From Malacoraja senta (Eukaryota), in NCBI GenBank assembly GCA_038087875.1, contig JAXLNO010000356.1, forward strand, positions 62,001 through 126,000: a DNA stretch of 64,000 nucleotides. The letters run 5' to 3'. Of this stretch, positions 25,111-38,099 are shown piece after piece. Each line of letters starts with the position of its first letter. Position 1 is the first letter of the stretch. A model generated the notes under the pieces. That model saw nothing but the letters and a program-made list of their open reading frames with translations, was not told the DNA's origin and ran no database searches. A program made the translations under genes and the position numbers.

Positions 25111-25659
25111 CCTGTGGTAAAGTATATTGACTGTATCTCTGACCATGACTAACATTTTTGGAATGTGCTTAAGTGATAAAATATCATGTAATTCTTTGAA
25201 GTGGTGACACGAGGAAAGTCAAGTGTCTGTTGCTTACTTGGCTGGTATCCTCGCCACTTCCATTGGCCGATAATCTAAAGTTTGAATTGGTCTAACTAAC
25301 AGACTTGTGAGTTGTCTGTTTATTAAGAAGTGATCCTTTTCAATCCCTTTCCACCCAACCCGCCTCCCTCCTGGTACATTCCCCGGCAACCGCATTATTG
25401 CATGGGCTCAGACTGAAAACATGCGTCCAGGCTCAATGAACTTAGAGTTTTAACTTTTCTTGGATTTTTCTGAAACCTATTCCAAGAATGGAATTCTTCA
25501 AATAAATTATTTAAAAACCAGAATGAGTGAATGAATTACACTTGCAAGAAACTTGAGCAAATAATTGTAGTGTTTTGAATTAAATGATCAGTGAGTGATT
25601 CGCTGTGGAATATGCTTATTCAGTGTGAATGCAACTGAATTGCAGGTTAAGTTAGTGAT

Positions 25660-26870
25660 GGGGAAAGTTTGGGTAGGTTGGGTTTGTTTTCTCTGGAGTG
25701 AAGGAGGCTAAGAGGTGACCTGATAGAACCATAAAAAGCTTAGATAGTCAGAATCTTTTTCCCATGGTCAAGGTATCAAAAACAGAGGGTAGGGATTGTG
25801 AGAGGAAGGAGCTTTAAAGAAAATTTGAGTGGAACGTTTTTTTACACAGAAATCAAAGGTTTTTTGGTTCATATCAGGAACTCATTGCCAAAGGAGCTGA
25901 TTGAGTCAAATATTTTTAAGATACATTTAGTCAGGCACTTAAATAGGACAAGCATAGAAGAGAGTGAGCGATAATTGGAAGATGGAATACAGCGTAGCAA
26001 AGTGTGGAGTCATGCATTTTGGTGCAGGAATAAAGGCGTAGACTATTTTCTAAATGGGGAGAGAATTCAGAAATCGAAGGTGCAAAGGGACTTGGAAGTG
26101 CAGGATTCCCAAAATGTTAATTTGCAAGTTGAATCGGTCGTAAGGAAGGCAAATGCAATGCTAGCATTTATTTTGAGAGGACTAGAATATAAAAACAGGG
26201 ATGTAATGCTGAGGCTTTATAAGGCACTGGTCAGATCGCATTTGGAGTATTGTGAGCAGTTTTGGGCCCCATATCTGAGGAAGGATGTGCTGGTGTTGGA
26301 GAGGGTCCAGAGGAGGTTTACGAGAATGATCCCAGGAACATATGATGAGCATTTGATGGCACTGGGCCTGTACTCGCTGGAGTTTAGAAGGATGAGGGGG
26401 ACCTCATTGAATCTTACTGAATAGTGAAAGACCTGGATTGGGTTGATGTGGAGAGGTTGTTTCCACTAGTGGGAGAGTCTAGGACCAGAGGCCATAGCCT
26501 CAGAATAAAAGGATGTACCTGTAGAAAGGAGATGAGGAGGGATTTCTTTAATCAGAGGGTGGTGAATCTGTGGACTTCATTGCCACAGTAGGCTATGAAG
26601 GCCAGGTGATTAGGTATTTTGATGGCAGAAATTGAATAGTATGGGTGTCAGCGGTTACGGGGAGTATGCAGGAGAATGGGGTTAAGAGGGAAAGATAGAT
26701 CAGCCATGATTGAATGACGGAGTAGAATTGAAGGGCTAAATGGCTGAATTCTGCTCCTTGAACTTAAGATACGAACCTAGTACAGGCAAGTAGGATTAGT
26801 GTCGATGAGCAAAATGGTTTGTGTCGATGTGATGGGCTGAAGGGCCCCTTTCCCTGCTGAATAACGCTCT
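25660..26870 (+). mobile_element. CR1 fragments (younger 3' piece ~25975-26760 inside an older one)
   Basis: ORF 25975-26424 'KANAMLAFI..LYKALVRSHLEYCEQFWAPY'. Confidence 0.85.
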
Positions 26871-28652
26871 AACTCTGTTTAGTCAAACATTAGCTTTCGT
26901 GTGATGCAAGTTTTTTTTTTTCATTGTGCTGTGATTTCATTTTGATTTTTGATTTGAGGAGCCTTGAAAATATGCCCGTTAAATGGCTTACAGTAATTGC
27001 CAGTTGCACGGGTCTTTGCAGGGTTGTCTGTACGATGTGAATGGCTCGATTGTAACCTTGTATTGTTTTTCCGCTGACAGGTTAGCAAGCAAGAAATGCT
27101 TATCATTGTACCTTGGTACAAGTGACAATAAACTACACTCAACTCCAGTGGAAATTAGTGTAATTCAATGTAAAAGCTGTGATTTGAATTTTAGCCTTAT
27201 GAAAATGACCTACAGCACCAACAGACCTTGTAAAATGGATAAAAAACAAATATCAAATTCATCTATTTAATAAATAAGATGAATTATTTATCGATATTGA
27301 TGACTTTGCTGTAACCCTTTGTGTTCCATTGTGTACAATTTCTAACTTGTTAGGTGCATTTTGTGTCCGTAATGATAGATATTGAAAAATCTTGTGCTTG
27401 AGTTACTCAGTTGGTCAATGAAGGATGACTTTGTTTCTGTTGCAATTTACATTTAAGCTTCTAACTCATTACCACGGGAGTTTTGGAATTAGATTTGACA
27501 AATTACATGTTTACTCAGTGGCTCCCCCAACCCCGTAATGATACCTCTTTGCTCAAGTTGGAGAGTGAATTAATCACATCGAATGCAATGTCAGTTAATA
27601 AATAACATTAAATATCATGCTCAATATCTCAATCAGAATTGCACCTTGGTCTTGACATTGATGGTCAGCATTGAGTGAGGCAGAGATAATCTGGATAAAA
27701 GTGTTTGTAATATCCAGTTTCTAAGTTTTAAGGGAAAGTTGTTTTGTCAATGGCCCAGTCAATTGATGAAATGAGTAGTGAAAATGGAATAATTGCATTG
27801 AAAGTATTTGTGGGAAATTACAGAAGATTTAGGAGAAAGAAATCCAAACAAGCCTTTGTCAATTAAATTGTCAACCTTCTTACCATTTCCTCATCTCTTC
27901 TTTCTTCCAAAAATCTACTTACCTCTGTCTTAAAAATGCTTGCATTGCTATCTTCACTGCCCTTCCCAGGTGAAGCCATATACAATTAAGGTAATAATTT
28001 TTTTACATTGCTGGTAATTAGACATTAAAAAAAACCCTCAGGTCATAGAATCAGACGGCATAGAAACTGGCTGTTTGGCCCAAGCGGGTTTTCTAAAACT
28101 GTGTGGATGGCCCAACTCTAGGAGGGGTTATACTGGACCTTGTGTTGGGAAACACGCCTGGCCAGGTGACAGGTGTTTCAGTGGAAGAACATTTTGGGAA
28201 CAGAGATCACAACTGCATAAGTTTCAAGAAAGTTATGAATAAGGGTGTCTAGATGTTGGGAGAAGGTACTAAATGGGCGTAAGGCATTATTAGACGAGAG
28301 CTCGGCAGAGTAAATTGGGTGCAGTTTTTTTTGGGTGTTTACATTTGACATGTAGGAGTCATTTAAAGGCCAACTGACCAGAGTTCAGGACCAGCATGTG
28401 CCTGAAAAGCAGAAGGACAAGGATGGCAAATTAAGGGAACCTTGGATGACTAAAGAGGTTGTTCATTTAGTCCAAAAGTAAAAGGAAGCCTATGTAAGTT
28501 CAGAAAGATGAAATCGGAGAGGAATATTGAGCCTTTGAGGAATATAGAGCAAGCAGGAAAGAACCAAGTGGGAAATTAGAAGGGGCAAAAGGGTCCATGA
28601 AATGATGCTTGGTGGATGCAGGCAAGGTATTAAACAAGTTGTTTGCATGTGT

Positions 28653-29407
28653 ACCAGGTGGCGCCGTCAGCGATGGCAGCCTCGCCAATGGTCTGTCTGT
28701 CTTTTCATCTTTTTTGTTATTTTTAGAGTGTTTAAAAAAGTTTGTGTTCATGTTCTCTGGTTTGTTTTGTATGGGGGTTGGGGGAGGGGGTCGGGGTAAA
28801 CTTTTTTTCAATCTCTTACCTTGCCGGAGATGCGATTGTTTTCCGGATCGTATCTCTGGTCGCTCTGTGGCCTAACATCATGGAGTTGCCGGCCTTGCTC
28901 GAGACTGAATTTGGGCCCCATCGCGGGGCCGTGGATTTACCATCCCTTTCCTGGGATCAATGGTCCAACTGCGGCCTGCGGATTTCATCATCGAGGAGCT
29001 CGCAGTCTTGGGTAGAGACTGATGTCGGGAAGCTCCAAAGTTGCAGAAGGTTCGACCAGCCCCGACCCGGGGTCCGATTGCCTGGCGTGGTGGAGCTGAG
29101 ATCCCCCCGATGCGGGAGCTTGATCGCCCTGACACGGAGGGCCCGACCGCCGGCTACCGGAGCCAAGTTTGTCTCGTCAACAGAAGATTCGAGTGCCCCA
29201 ACCGCGGGAGAACAAAGAAGGGAAGAAGATTGAACTTTTTTCGCCTCCCATCACAGTGAGGAATGTGGAGGAGTCACTGTGGTGGATGTTTATGTTAAAA
29301 TGTATTTTATGTGTCTTGTTGCTTTTTATTGGTATGATGACTGTATGGCAACTCAAATTCCTCATATTTTGCAAAACATACTTGGCTAATAAAGTATGAT
29401 TATGATT
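28653..29407 (+). mobile_element. GC-rich non-coding retroposon-like element with (ATGATT)n tail, inserted in CR1
   Basis: Head GGTGGCGCCG..ATGGCAGCCTCGCCAA shared with the 21590-22302 element; AATAAA plus repeat tail; CR1 resumes at ACCAAGGAG. Confidence 0.7.
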
Positions 29408-30390
29408 ACTTACCAAGGAGAAGGACATGGAGGACAGTGAGTTCAGTGTGGAGAATAGTAATATGCCAGGGCAGTTTGAGATCAAGAACGAGATGGTGTT
29501 GAGTCCCTTGAAGAATATTAATGTTGATAAACCTCCTGGGCCAGATGGGATCAATGCCCGATTATTGAGAAACGCACGAGAGGAAGGCATTGAAGAAGAT
29601 CTTTGTGCCTTCTCTAGATACTGGTAAGATCCACGTGGACTGGAGAAAAGCTAATGTTCTTCCTTTGTTTTAGGTGAAGTAGTGATAAACCAGGAAACTA
29701 TGGACCTGTGAGACTACCAGGGTTGGAAAGCTTTTGGAGAGGATTCTTCGGGACAGGATTTGCTTTCGAGGGAAGAGAATGGGCTAGTTAGGTGTAGTCA
29801 GCATGGCTTTGTCCATGACAGATCACGGCCTACGAAATTGATTTAGTTTTCTTAGGAGGGGGCAAAGGTGATCAACGAGGGTAGAGCAATGGATGTTGTC
29901 TACATGGATCTTAGAAAGGCATTTGATAAAGACTGTCATGATAGGCTAATGCAGAAGATTAAGATGCATGTGATTGTCAGTGACTTGGTTGTCTGGATTC
30001 AGAACTGCTTACGCATAGAAGACATAGGTGGAACGGTGTTATTCTGGCTGGAGGTCTGTGACCAGTGGAGATCCACAGAGATGTGTGCTGGGACCTCTGT
30101 TGTTTGTGATATATATGACACAAAAATTGATGACAGATGAAGTTTAATTTGTGCAAGTGTGAGGTGTTGCGTTTAGAGAGGTCGAATGTAAGGGGAGAGT
30201 ATGCAGTTAATGGCACAACCCTTAATAGCATAGATGTACAGAGGGATGTTGGGGTCCAAGGCTATAGCTTGCTGAAAGTGGCACATATGCGGACAGAGTG
30301 ATAAGGAAGGCGTATGATATACTTGTCTTCATTAGTCGAGGAATTGAGAATAAGAGTCAGGAAGTCATATTGCAACTTTATGAGGTGTTA

Positions 30391-30709
30391 AGGGCCTGTC
30401 CCACTGTACGAGGTAATTCAAGAGCTCTCCCGAGTAAAAAAAAAATAATCAAACTCATGGTAAGCACGTAGAATGTACGTAGTGGGTACGTCGGAGCTCG
30501 GGACGCCTCTTAGCGGCTCGTAACGCTAACGGCAGGTACTAGGGAAACGCTGTAAGCTCGTGAAGTCTCGTGAAGATTTTTCAACATGTTGAAAAATGTC
30601 CACGAGAGCCCCGAGTACCTACGAGCGGCTATTACCGTAATTCTCCAAGTTCAAATCAGGGGAAACTCGGGAGAACTCTTGAATTAGCTCATACAGTGGG
30701 ACAGGCCCT
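30391..30709. mobile_element. PIF/Harbinger-type MITE (group A)
   Basis: TTA-AGGGCCTGTCCCACTGTA ... TACAGTGGGACAGGCCCT-TTA. Confidence 0.9.
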
Positions 30710-32274
30710 TTAGGAGATGGTTTTGAGAAGATGTACCAGAATGCTGCCTGGATTACAGGCTATTAGATATAAGAAGAGGTTGGACAAACTTGGATTGCTT
30801 TCTCTAGTTGTCGGAGGTCGATGCGAGACCCGACAGAAAAATATTAAATTATGTGACGCATAGATCGGGTAGACAGAACTTTATTACCCCGGGTGGAAAT
30901 GTCAAAGGCCAAAGGGCATAGCTTTAAGGTGAGAGGGGGCAAAGTTTAAAGTAAATGTGCAAGAGAAGCCTCCTTCTACAGAGAGTGTGATGGATGCTTG
31001 GAACTCACTGCCAGGGGTGAAGTCAGGTAAAATAGATTCATTTAAGAGGCTTTTAGATACGCACATGGATATGCACGGAATGCAAGGATATGGATCACGT
31101 GCAGACAAGGAAGATTAGTTTCATTTGTCATCATGTTCAGCTAAAAGGCCCTAAAAGGCCCGTTCCTGTGCTCTACTATTTTATATTTACTCCCTCCCAA
31201 ATTAGATTTATAGACTTCAGTTCCCAAATTTGCCAAGAATAATTTGTTTAATTCCCAGAGTCGTTATGAAAACTTCTATTGTAAGTAATTATCCTAACAA
31301 TTCCAATTACATTAATCTTTTTCTCATAACCTAAAATCAATGTGTTGGCAGCCATTCATTTATTGTGCTTCCCGCTGAGAGGCAACAATCTTCCTGAACT
31401 GCAGAGGAATTTCACAGACACCGTAAATGCATCACATTGAATCTGTACTTCTTTTGGTTTGCATGGGAAGAGGAATAATCTCCTTAATTCCAGCTCTGAA
31501 TAGGATAAACACCATAATTTCTGGATTTCATTAACAATATATTGGATTTTCACACAGCCTTTTTCATATATGGACTCCATTAATATGGTTAGCTGTTCCA
31601 TTTTGTACTTAATTCTACAACATCTGACTAATATTAACCTATCTATTTAGAAGAGGCTTTCAACTGCTTTCAGCTTTTAGTAAAATCTGCATGGTTGGGG
31701 ATTTTGCTTTCTGTGCCATGAGTCCTCAAAGTATCGTAAGTACTTAGGGATCCAAATACTGATCTTTCTGCTGCAATACATGTAAATTCAAGATTCATTT
31801 CCATTTATTTGGTTCCTGTCCAGTATTTGGGCCATAATCAAATCCAGTGCCCTTGCTCTCTGGCATAGTCATGTGTCCTCTTTTAAATAGTTTCTATTAT
31901 GTCTCAAAAATTCAATTTTATATGCTCTGCTCAAACAACTGTGTACCCAATTTTCCTCTTGTAACAATATTAATAATCACTAATTTGCATATGACAGAGA
32001 GGGAGTAATGTTTCTCTGTTAATCCCTGTTTAAAAATAAAATTCAAATTTTTTTTTTTTAAATCCCTCATTCATCTTCTGTACTCCAGTGGGAATAGTAC
32101 CAGTTTCTTGAATTGTCGGCTTGACCTGTGATGGACTTTTTGCTTCTCAGGCAGAGCTCTTCTGCACAAATGCCACTGCAGTCCTCACCACATAATATGA
32201 GTGGTAACTTGGGCAGTATTGAGGGAGTCTCATCTTTCACATGAGATACTACTCTAAGTCCCAAACTGCATGTA

Positions 32275-32970
32275 AACATAGAAATATAGTTGCAGGAGTA
32301 GGCCATTCAGCCCTTCGAGCCAGCACCGCCATTCAATATGATCATGGCTGATCATCTAAAATCAATACCCCATTCCTGCTTTCTCCCCATATCCCTTGAT
32401 TCCTTTAGCCCAAGAGCTAAATCTAACTATCTCTTGAAAACATCCAGTGAATTGGCCTCCACTGCCTCCTGTGGCAGAGAATTCCACAGATTCACAGAAC
32501 TCTCTGGCTGAAATTTTTTTTCCTCATCTCTGTCCTAAATGGCCTACCCCTTATTCTTAAACTGTGACTCCTGGTTCTGGAATCCCCCAACATCGGGAAC
32601 ATTTTTCCTGCATCTAGTCGGTCCAATCCATTAAGAATTTTATATGTTTCTCTAAGATCCCATCTTATCCTTCTAAATTCCAGTGATTACAAGCCCTGTC
32701 GACCCATTCTTTCATCATACGTCAGTTCCGCCATCCCGGGAATTAACCTGGTGAACCTACGCTGCACTCACTCAATAGCAAGAATGTCCTTCCTCAAATT
32801 AGGATACCAAAATTGCACACAATACTCCAGGTGCGGTCACACCAGGTTCCTTAATAAATGCAGTAGGACCTCCTTGCTCCTATACTCAAATCGTCTCGCA
32901 ATGAAGTCCAACATGCCATTAGTTTTTTTCACTGCCTGCTGTACCTGCATGCTTACTCTCAGTGACTGAA
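32275..32970 (-). mobile_element. CR1 3' fragment
   Basis: 'QVQQAVKKTNGMLDFIARRFEYRSKEVLL'; (AGAAACAT)-type tail. Confidence 0.85.
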
Positions 32971-33066
32971 ACACCCCAAGGCATCTCTTCTGTTGTGAAT
33001 AGGAAAGTAATTTATTGATTATGCAGTATATTTTTATGTGATGCAAAGGATGTTTTCAATTGTGAC

Positions 33067-33226
33067 GGAATGGGTGACGTGTCGGGTCGAGACCCTTCTT
33101 TAGACGCGATCAGTCTGAAATGTCACCCATTCCTTCTCTCCAGAGATGCTGCCTGTCTCGCGGAGTTACTCCAGTTTTTTCTGTCTTTCTTCGGTTTAAA
33201 TCAGCATCTGCAGTTCCTTCCTACAC
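33067..33226. repeat. Penelope-derived terminal repeat with short fold-back arm
   Basis: GAATGGGTGAC ... GTCACCCATTC inverted pair, then the + strand repeat tail. Confidence 0.75.
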
Positions 33227-33809
33227 ATGTTTTTAAGTGTTATGTGTCTCCCTTTGTGGTAATTTCACAGCCATGATATATATTCTTCATGGCTTCAATG
33301 TGCTTATACAGTATTCTTCCCAAAACTAAGCCCAGTTTTCTTTGGCTGTACTTCGTATAAATTGTTTTTAATATTACTTTAACTACTGTGTTATTATATT
33401 TATAAAGCCCAACTTGCTCTTTATCTTCATTATGGCTTTATAAATAATTGCATTTGCTGTTTCCAGTAAACCAGCATTTATACCACTAATTATCCATAGC
33501 CTTCAACTTCTTTCAATTTTGAACAGGTGTTTCTCTTCATTGCTTTCCTTTTAATCCCCTGCATCTGTTGCCCATATTACAAACTAGTCTGTCTTTCCAA
33601 AATATTTCTGATTGCCTTGGCTGTTTGGCTAGTTTTCCATTGTGTTCTGTCCACTCACTTCTAGGTCTTTCTTAATTTGTATTCCTTTTCTGAAATACTT
33701 AATAATGTTAATACATTTTAGAGGGGAGAATATAATAGTTAAATTGAACATCAATTTCTATCTCCATGCAAACTCATTTAAGAAGTCACATCATGCCTAC
33801 TTTTTTGAG

Positions 33810-34313
33810 TCATAGAGTCATCATCGTTATAGATTCATAGAGTGATACAGCGTGGCAACGGGCACTTCGGCCCAACTTGCCCACACCGGCCAACATGTCC
33901 CAGGTACACCAGCTCCACCTGCCCGCGTTTGGCCCATATCCCTCCAAACCTATCCTATCCATGTACATATCTAACTGTTTCTTAAACGTTGGAATAATCC
34001 TTGCCTCAACTACCTCTTCTGGCAGCTTGTTCCATGCACCCACCATCCTTTGTGTGAAAAGTAACTCCTCAGATTCCTATTAAATCTTTTCCTTAAACCT
34101 ATGTCTTCTGGTCCTCGATTCACATACTCTGGGCAAGACACTCTGTGCATCTACCGAATATATTCCTCTCACGATCTTATACACTTCTATAAGATCACCC
34201 CTCATCCTTCTGCACTCCAGGCAATAGAGTCCCAGCCTACTCAACCTCTCCCTCTAGCTCACACCCTTTAGTCCTGGCAACATCCTCGTAAATCTTCTCT
34301 GTACCCTTTCCAG
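33810..34313 (-). mobile_element. CR1 3' fragment
   Basis: 'VGAWNKLPEEVVEA..FKKQLDMYMD..GYGPNAGRW'. Confidence 0.85.
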
Positions 34314-34902
34314 TCTTAGATCCATACAGATAATTTCAAGAATTTTTCTAATAGATACTAAATATATTAATCCATAATTCCTCAACATATCTCCAAATGC
34401 TTTTGAAAAATGTGATGACACCTGCTTTAATCCTCAGTAAACGCTTTTGAATTTACTGGTTTCATTTGATCCTGAATCTCCTTGTGAATAGAAATGGTTT
34501 GTCTTTGTCTCTTTTTATCACAATGCATCCTGAGTTATTTTGGGATTTTCTGCTTACTCTGCTGTCATTGGAAATCTGATCGCTGGCATCAACATTTCTT
34601 CTCCTTCCTACGTGCAGACTAATGTTAAGTAACCGTTTAATAAATCAATATGTTGTGGACTGATTACAGTTTTTCACTCTTTTAAAAGATGGATGTATGC
34701 TTCCACTTTATTTTTGTTGTTCATTGTAATGATAACTCTTTCCTGAATGCATTGCTTTCTCCCCTGCACTTTCCTTTGACAGTCTCACCCTCCTACATTA
34801 TGCACCATATATGCTTCATGGCTGCTAAATGTAACCGGTTTCTCATTGTCTTCCACTCCCAGTTGGTATCTCTTTGATGAATGCTCATATTTTGGTTTCA
34901 TG

Positions 34903-35207
34903 TTTAGTTTAGTTTAGAGATACAGCGCGGAAACAGGCCCTTCGGCCCACCGGGTCCGCACCGACCAGTGATCTTCGCACACCAGCACCATCCTACACAC
35001 ACTAGGGACAATTTACACTTACACCAAGCCAATTAACTTACATACCTGTACGTCTTTGGAGTGTGGGAGGAAACTGAAGATCTCGGAGAAAACCCACGCG
35101 GTCACGGGGAAAACGTATAAACTCCGTACAGACAACACCCGTAGTTGGGATCGAACCCAGGTCTCCAGTGCTGCAAGCGCTGTAAGGCAGCAACTATACC
35201 GCTACCG
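34903..35207 (-). mobile_element. V-SINE (HE1-like)
   Basis: (TTTAG)n tail and GGATCGAACC on +; close match to the 2783 copy. Confidence 0.85.
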
Positions 35208-36024
35208 CTACAAATTTGCCAGCACAAATATCTTAACTCGTTAAAGCAGATCTGACTTCTGGGAGTAGATGCTGTTTTACACAAAACAGCTGAAGAAGGA
35301 CCCTGACCTGAAACATCATCTCTCCATGTTCTCCAGAGATGCCGCCTGAACTTCTGGTCACTCCAGAAGTTACTCCAGCACTTTGTGTCCTTTTTTTCCT
35401 TAACTCCTGTTACCGAAACTAGGGCCTTGATTTTCACATGAAGGGTAGTGGGTCCATAGAATGAACTGCCAGAGGTAATGTTTCAGACAGGTACAATTTC
35501 AACGTTTAAAAGACATTTGGATAGGTTCATGGATAGGATAGGTTGAGAGGGATATGGACACAAGGTAAATGGGACTAGTTCAGGAAGGCATGAATGAGTT
35601 GGGTGGAATGGCCTGTTCTGTGTTGTATAACTCTAGGCCTTGCAGCACAGTGGAAAAGTGTGAGTCATTCCCACAATCACCATTCTTGTGGTGTTCACAC
35701 ATAACTGTGCTATGTCCTGAAGATTCATGGCCATTTGATGTTGCTGAAACATAGATACAAACAGCAGTTAAGAAAGTACTGATTTATTTTTAATGTCTTA
35801 TTGTGCAATAGAATGTGGCGATAGGCATGAAGTGCCATTTTCACTTTGATGCAGGGTTAACATTGCACAAAGATATAGCATTTCACAAGAAGTATAGGGC
35901 CATGATAAAATAACATGGACTATAGATAATGGGGAACCAGTGAACATGGTGAGCTTTTCAGAAGGCATTTGATATGTTGCTGCTTCAAAGGTTTTCTTGA
36001 AAAATAATGTGGGTGGTAAGATAT

Positions 36025-36172
36025 AGGCGGGGGGTGTCATGGGGAGTGGTGGGAGGGGCTGTGGAAAGGAGGGGGTGAGATGGGGACAGGTGGGGGTGTC
36101 GTGGGGAGAGGTGGGGGGGGGTCATAAGGAGAGGTGGCGGGGGGGGGGTGGGGTGTTGTGGGGAGAGGGGCA
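36025..36172 (+). repeat. G-rich low-complexity tract
   Basis: Many G3-G9 runs; degenerate GGGGTGTC(A/G)TGGGGAG units. Confidence 0.7.
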
Positions 36173-36299
36173 AGATGTAATATGTGGTATGCCACAGTGA
36201 TAGGTGTTGCACCTCAACTTTTTACAGTTAATATAAACCAAAGATATGTTTGTTGAATTTCGAAATAACACAAAAGTATTTACCTGACCTGCTGAGTTA

Positions 36300-36630
36300 T
36301 GGGCCTGTCCCACTTGGCGATTTTTTTTTAGGCAACTGCCGGTGACTCTCATAGTCGTAGCAGGTCGCTGGAAAACCGGCGACAACCTACGTCATCCTGG
36401 TGACAACCTACGACAGCACCTACGTCAGGAGAAGTCAAGCTACGCTCATTGGCGTCAAACCCACTGTCGCCGAAATGTTTTCAACATGTTGAAAATTTAG
36501 CGGCGACCAGAAAGACGCTACGACTTTTTGCGCAACTGAGGAAACTACTCCCGGCGACCACAGGCGAACATGTGGTGACAAACTAGTCGCCTGTAGTTGC
36601 CTAAAAAATCGCCTAAGTGGAACAGGCCCA
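36300..36630. mobile_element. PIF/Harbinger-type MITE (group B) inserted in a Penelope-derived repeat
   Basis: TTA-TGGGCCTGTCCCAC ... GTGGAACAGGCCCA-TTA within host GAG-TTA-CTC. Confidence 0.9.
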
Positions 36631-37106
36631 TTACTCCCGCACTTTGTGTCTGTTGGGAAGAGAACATAAGAGGCTACAAGGGAATGTTGATACTTAAGTA
36701 GCTGGGCAAAGATCTGTCGTGAAGTATAATGAGTATCGGTGGGGAATAGTCACACTAGTCTTGAATCATTTGGAGTTTAGAACAGTTGAGAGGGTTTGAT
36801 TTAAAACAGAAAAGATCTGAAGGGATCTTTGCAGGATTGATATGGAGAGGACATATTCTCTTGTGGAAGAATCTATATGTGGATCTAGGGGTCACTGTAA
36901 AAATAACAGGAGATGGTGCGAATTCCTTTCTCTGAGAATCATGAATCTTTGGAATTTTATGCTCAAAAGACAATAGAAACTGAGTCTCTGAATATCGTTA
37001 AGGCCGAGGTAGATGATACTTGATAGTTGGTGAGAAGTTATTGAGTGTGGATGGGAAAGCAAAAAGGAGGTTGTAGTCAGATGTACCACGATCTTGTGTG
37101 TTATCA

Positions 37107-37332
37107 GGAAATAACTCCAGATGCTGGTTTAAACCAAAGATTGACACAAGATGCTGGAGTAACTCAGCAGGACAGGCAGCATCTCTGGAGAGAAGAAATG
37201 GGTGACGTTTCGGGTCGTGACCCTTCTTCAGACGGAGGTTCTGAAGAAGGGTCTCTGCCCGAAATGGCACCCATTCCTTCTCTCCAGAGATGCTGCCTGT
37301 CCTGCTGAGTTATTCCAGCATCTTGTGTCTAT
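37107..37332. repeat. Long fold-back palindrome of the Penelope-derived terminal repeat
   Basis: ~90-bp arms 37143-37232 and 37240-37329 with a 7-nt spacer. Confidence 0.9.
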
Positions 37333-38042
37333 GAGCCATGATCCCACTGAATGGCAGAGTGAGCATGATGGAATAAGTTGTCTTCTCTTCTTCCTGATTC
37401 TTATGTTTATTTTACCCTGGCATCAAGAATTTATCTACCAATGCCTTAAATATATTTGGATATTCTTATCCTGCTCTTTCAGAAGAGTCTCAAAGAGTCA
37501 ATCCTTGGCCATAGAATTAGCCTCATCTCTGTCTTAAAAAGCCAGCTTTTTATGTTTCAATAGTTATCCCTAAACATAATTTAAAAAATATATATATTTT
37601 TTGATTCTCTTCAATTCAAAACTCACTATATCAACAAGGTAACAATAACCTCTTATCTGCTTGGTTTGCAGTGCCCAAATGAAACACTATCGATATTTCT
37701 CTGATGTTAGGTCATATCTGTCCACTGTCAGATCATACATTTTGGGATTTAAACATAACCACAAAAAAAATATTTCTGAATAGGACTCCATGAATAACTT
37801 GCTACTTTACTGCTTTAAAAAAACTTAACAGCATCCCTAGGTTAGTTTAAATAAAAAGTGCCACATGAGATTTACGAATATGAATTGCATAGTAATTTTA
37901 ATATAGCTAAACATCCAAAGGTCAAAACTACCAACAATGTAAATATTTGATTTCAACTGATCTACAAGTGAGCTTACATTGCATGAAGTATATAAATTTG
38001 CAATGTAGTAATGCAGACCAATGCTGTTTAACTTTCTTCCAG

Positions 38043-38099
38043 AAACATGCTCGATTGTATCCATAGCATCTTGTGCCGGAAGCTCCCTCTCTGGAATAG
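38043..38099 (+). other. Candidate 57-bp internal exon of an unidentified host gene
   Basis: TTTAACTTTCTTCCAG acceptor, AG|GTATGC donor, length divisible by 3, unique sequence; protein not recognised. Confidence 0.35.

Larger units (their letters stand above)
28100..31185 (+). mobile_element. Decayed CR1 ORF2 carrying two later insertions
   Basis: 'VDKPPGPDGI', 'DVVYMDLRKAFDK', CR1 3' end near 31160. Confidence 0.8.

Noticed and set aside
34412..34474. C/D-box snoRNA-like GTGATGA...CTGA
   Set aside because: No terminal stem or recognisable guide sequence
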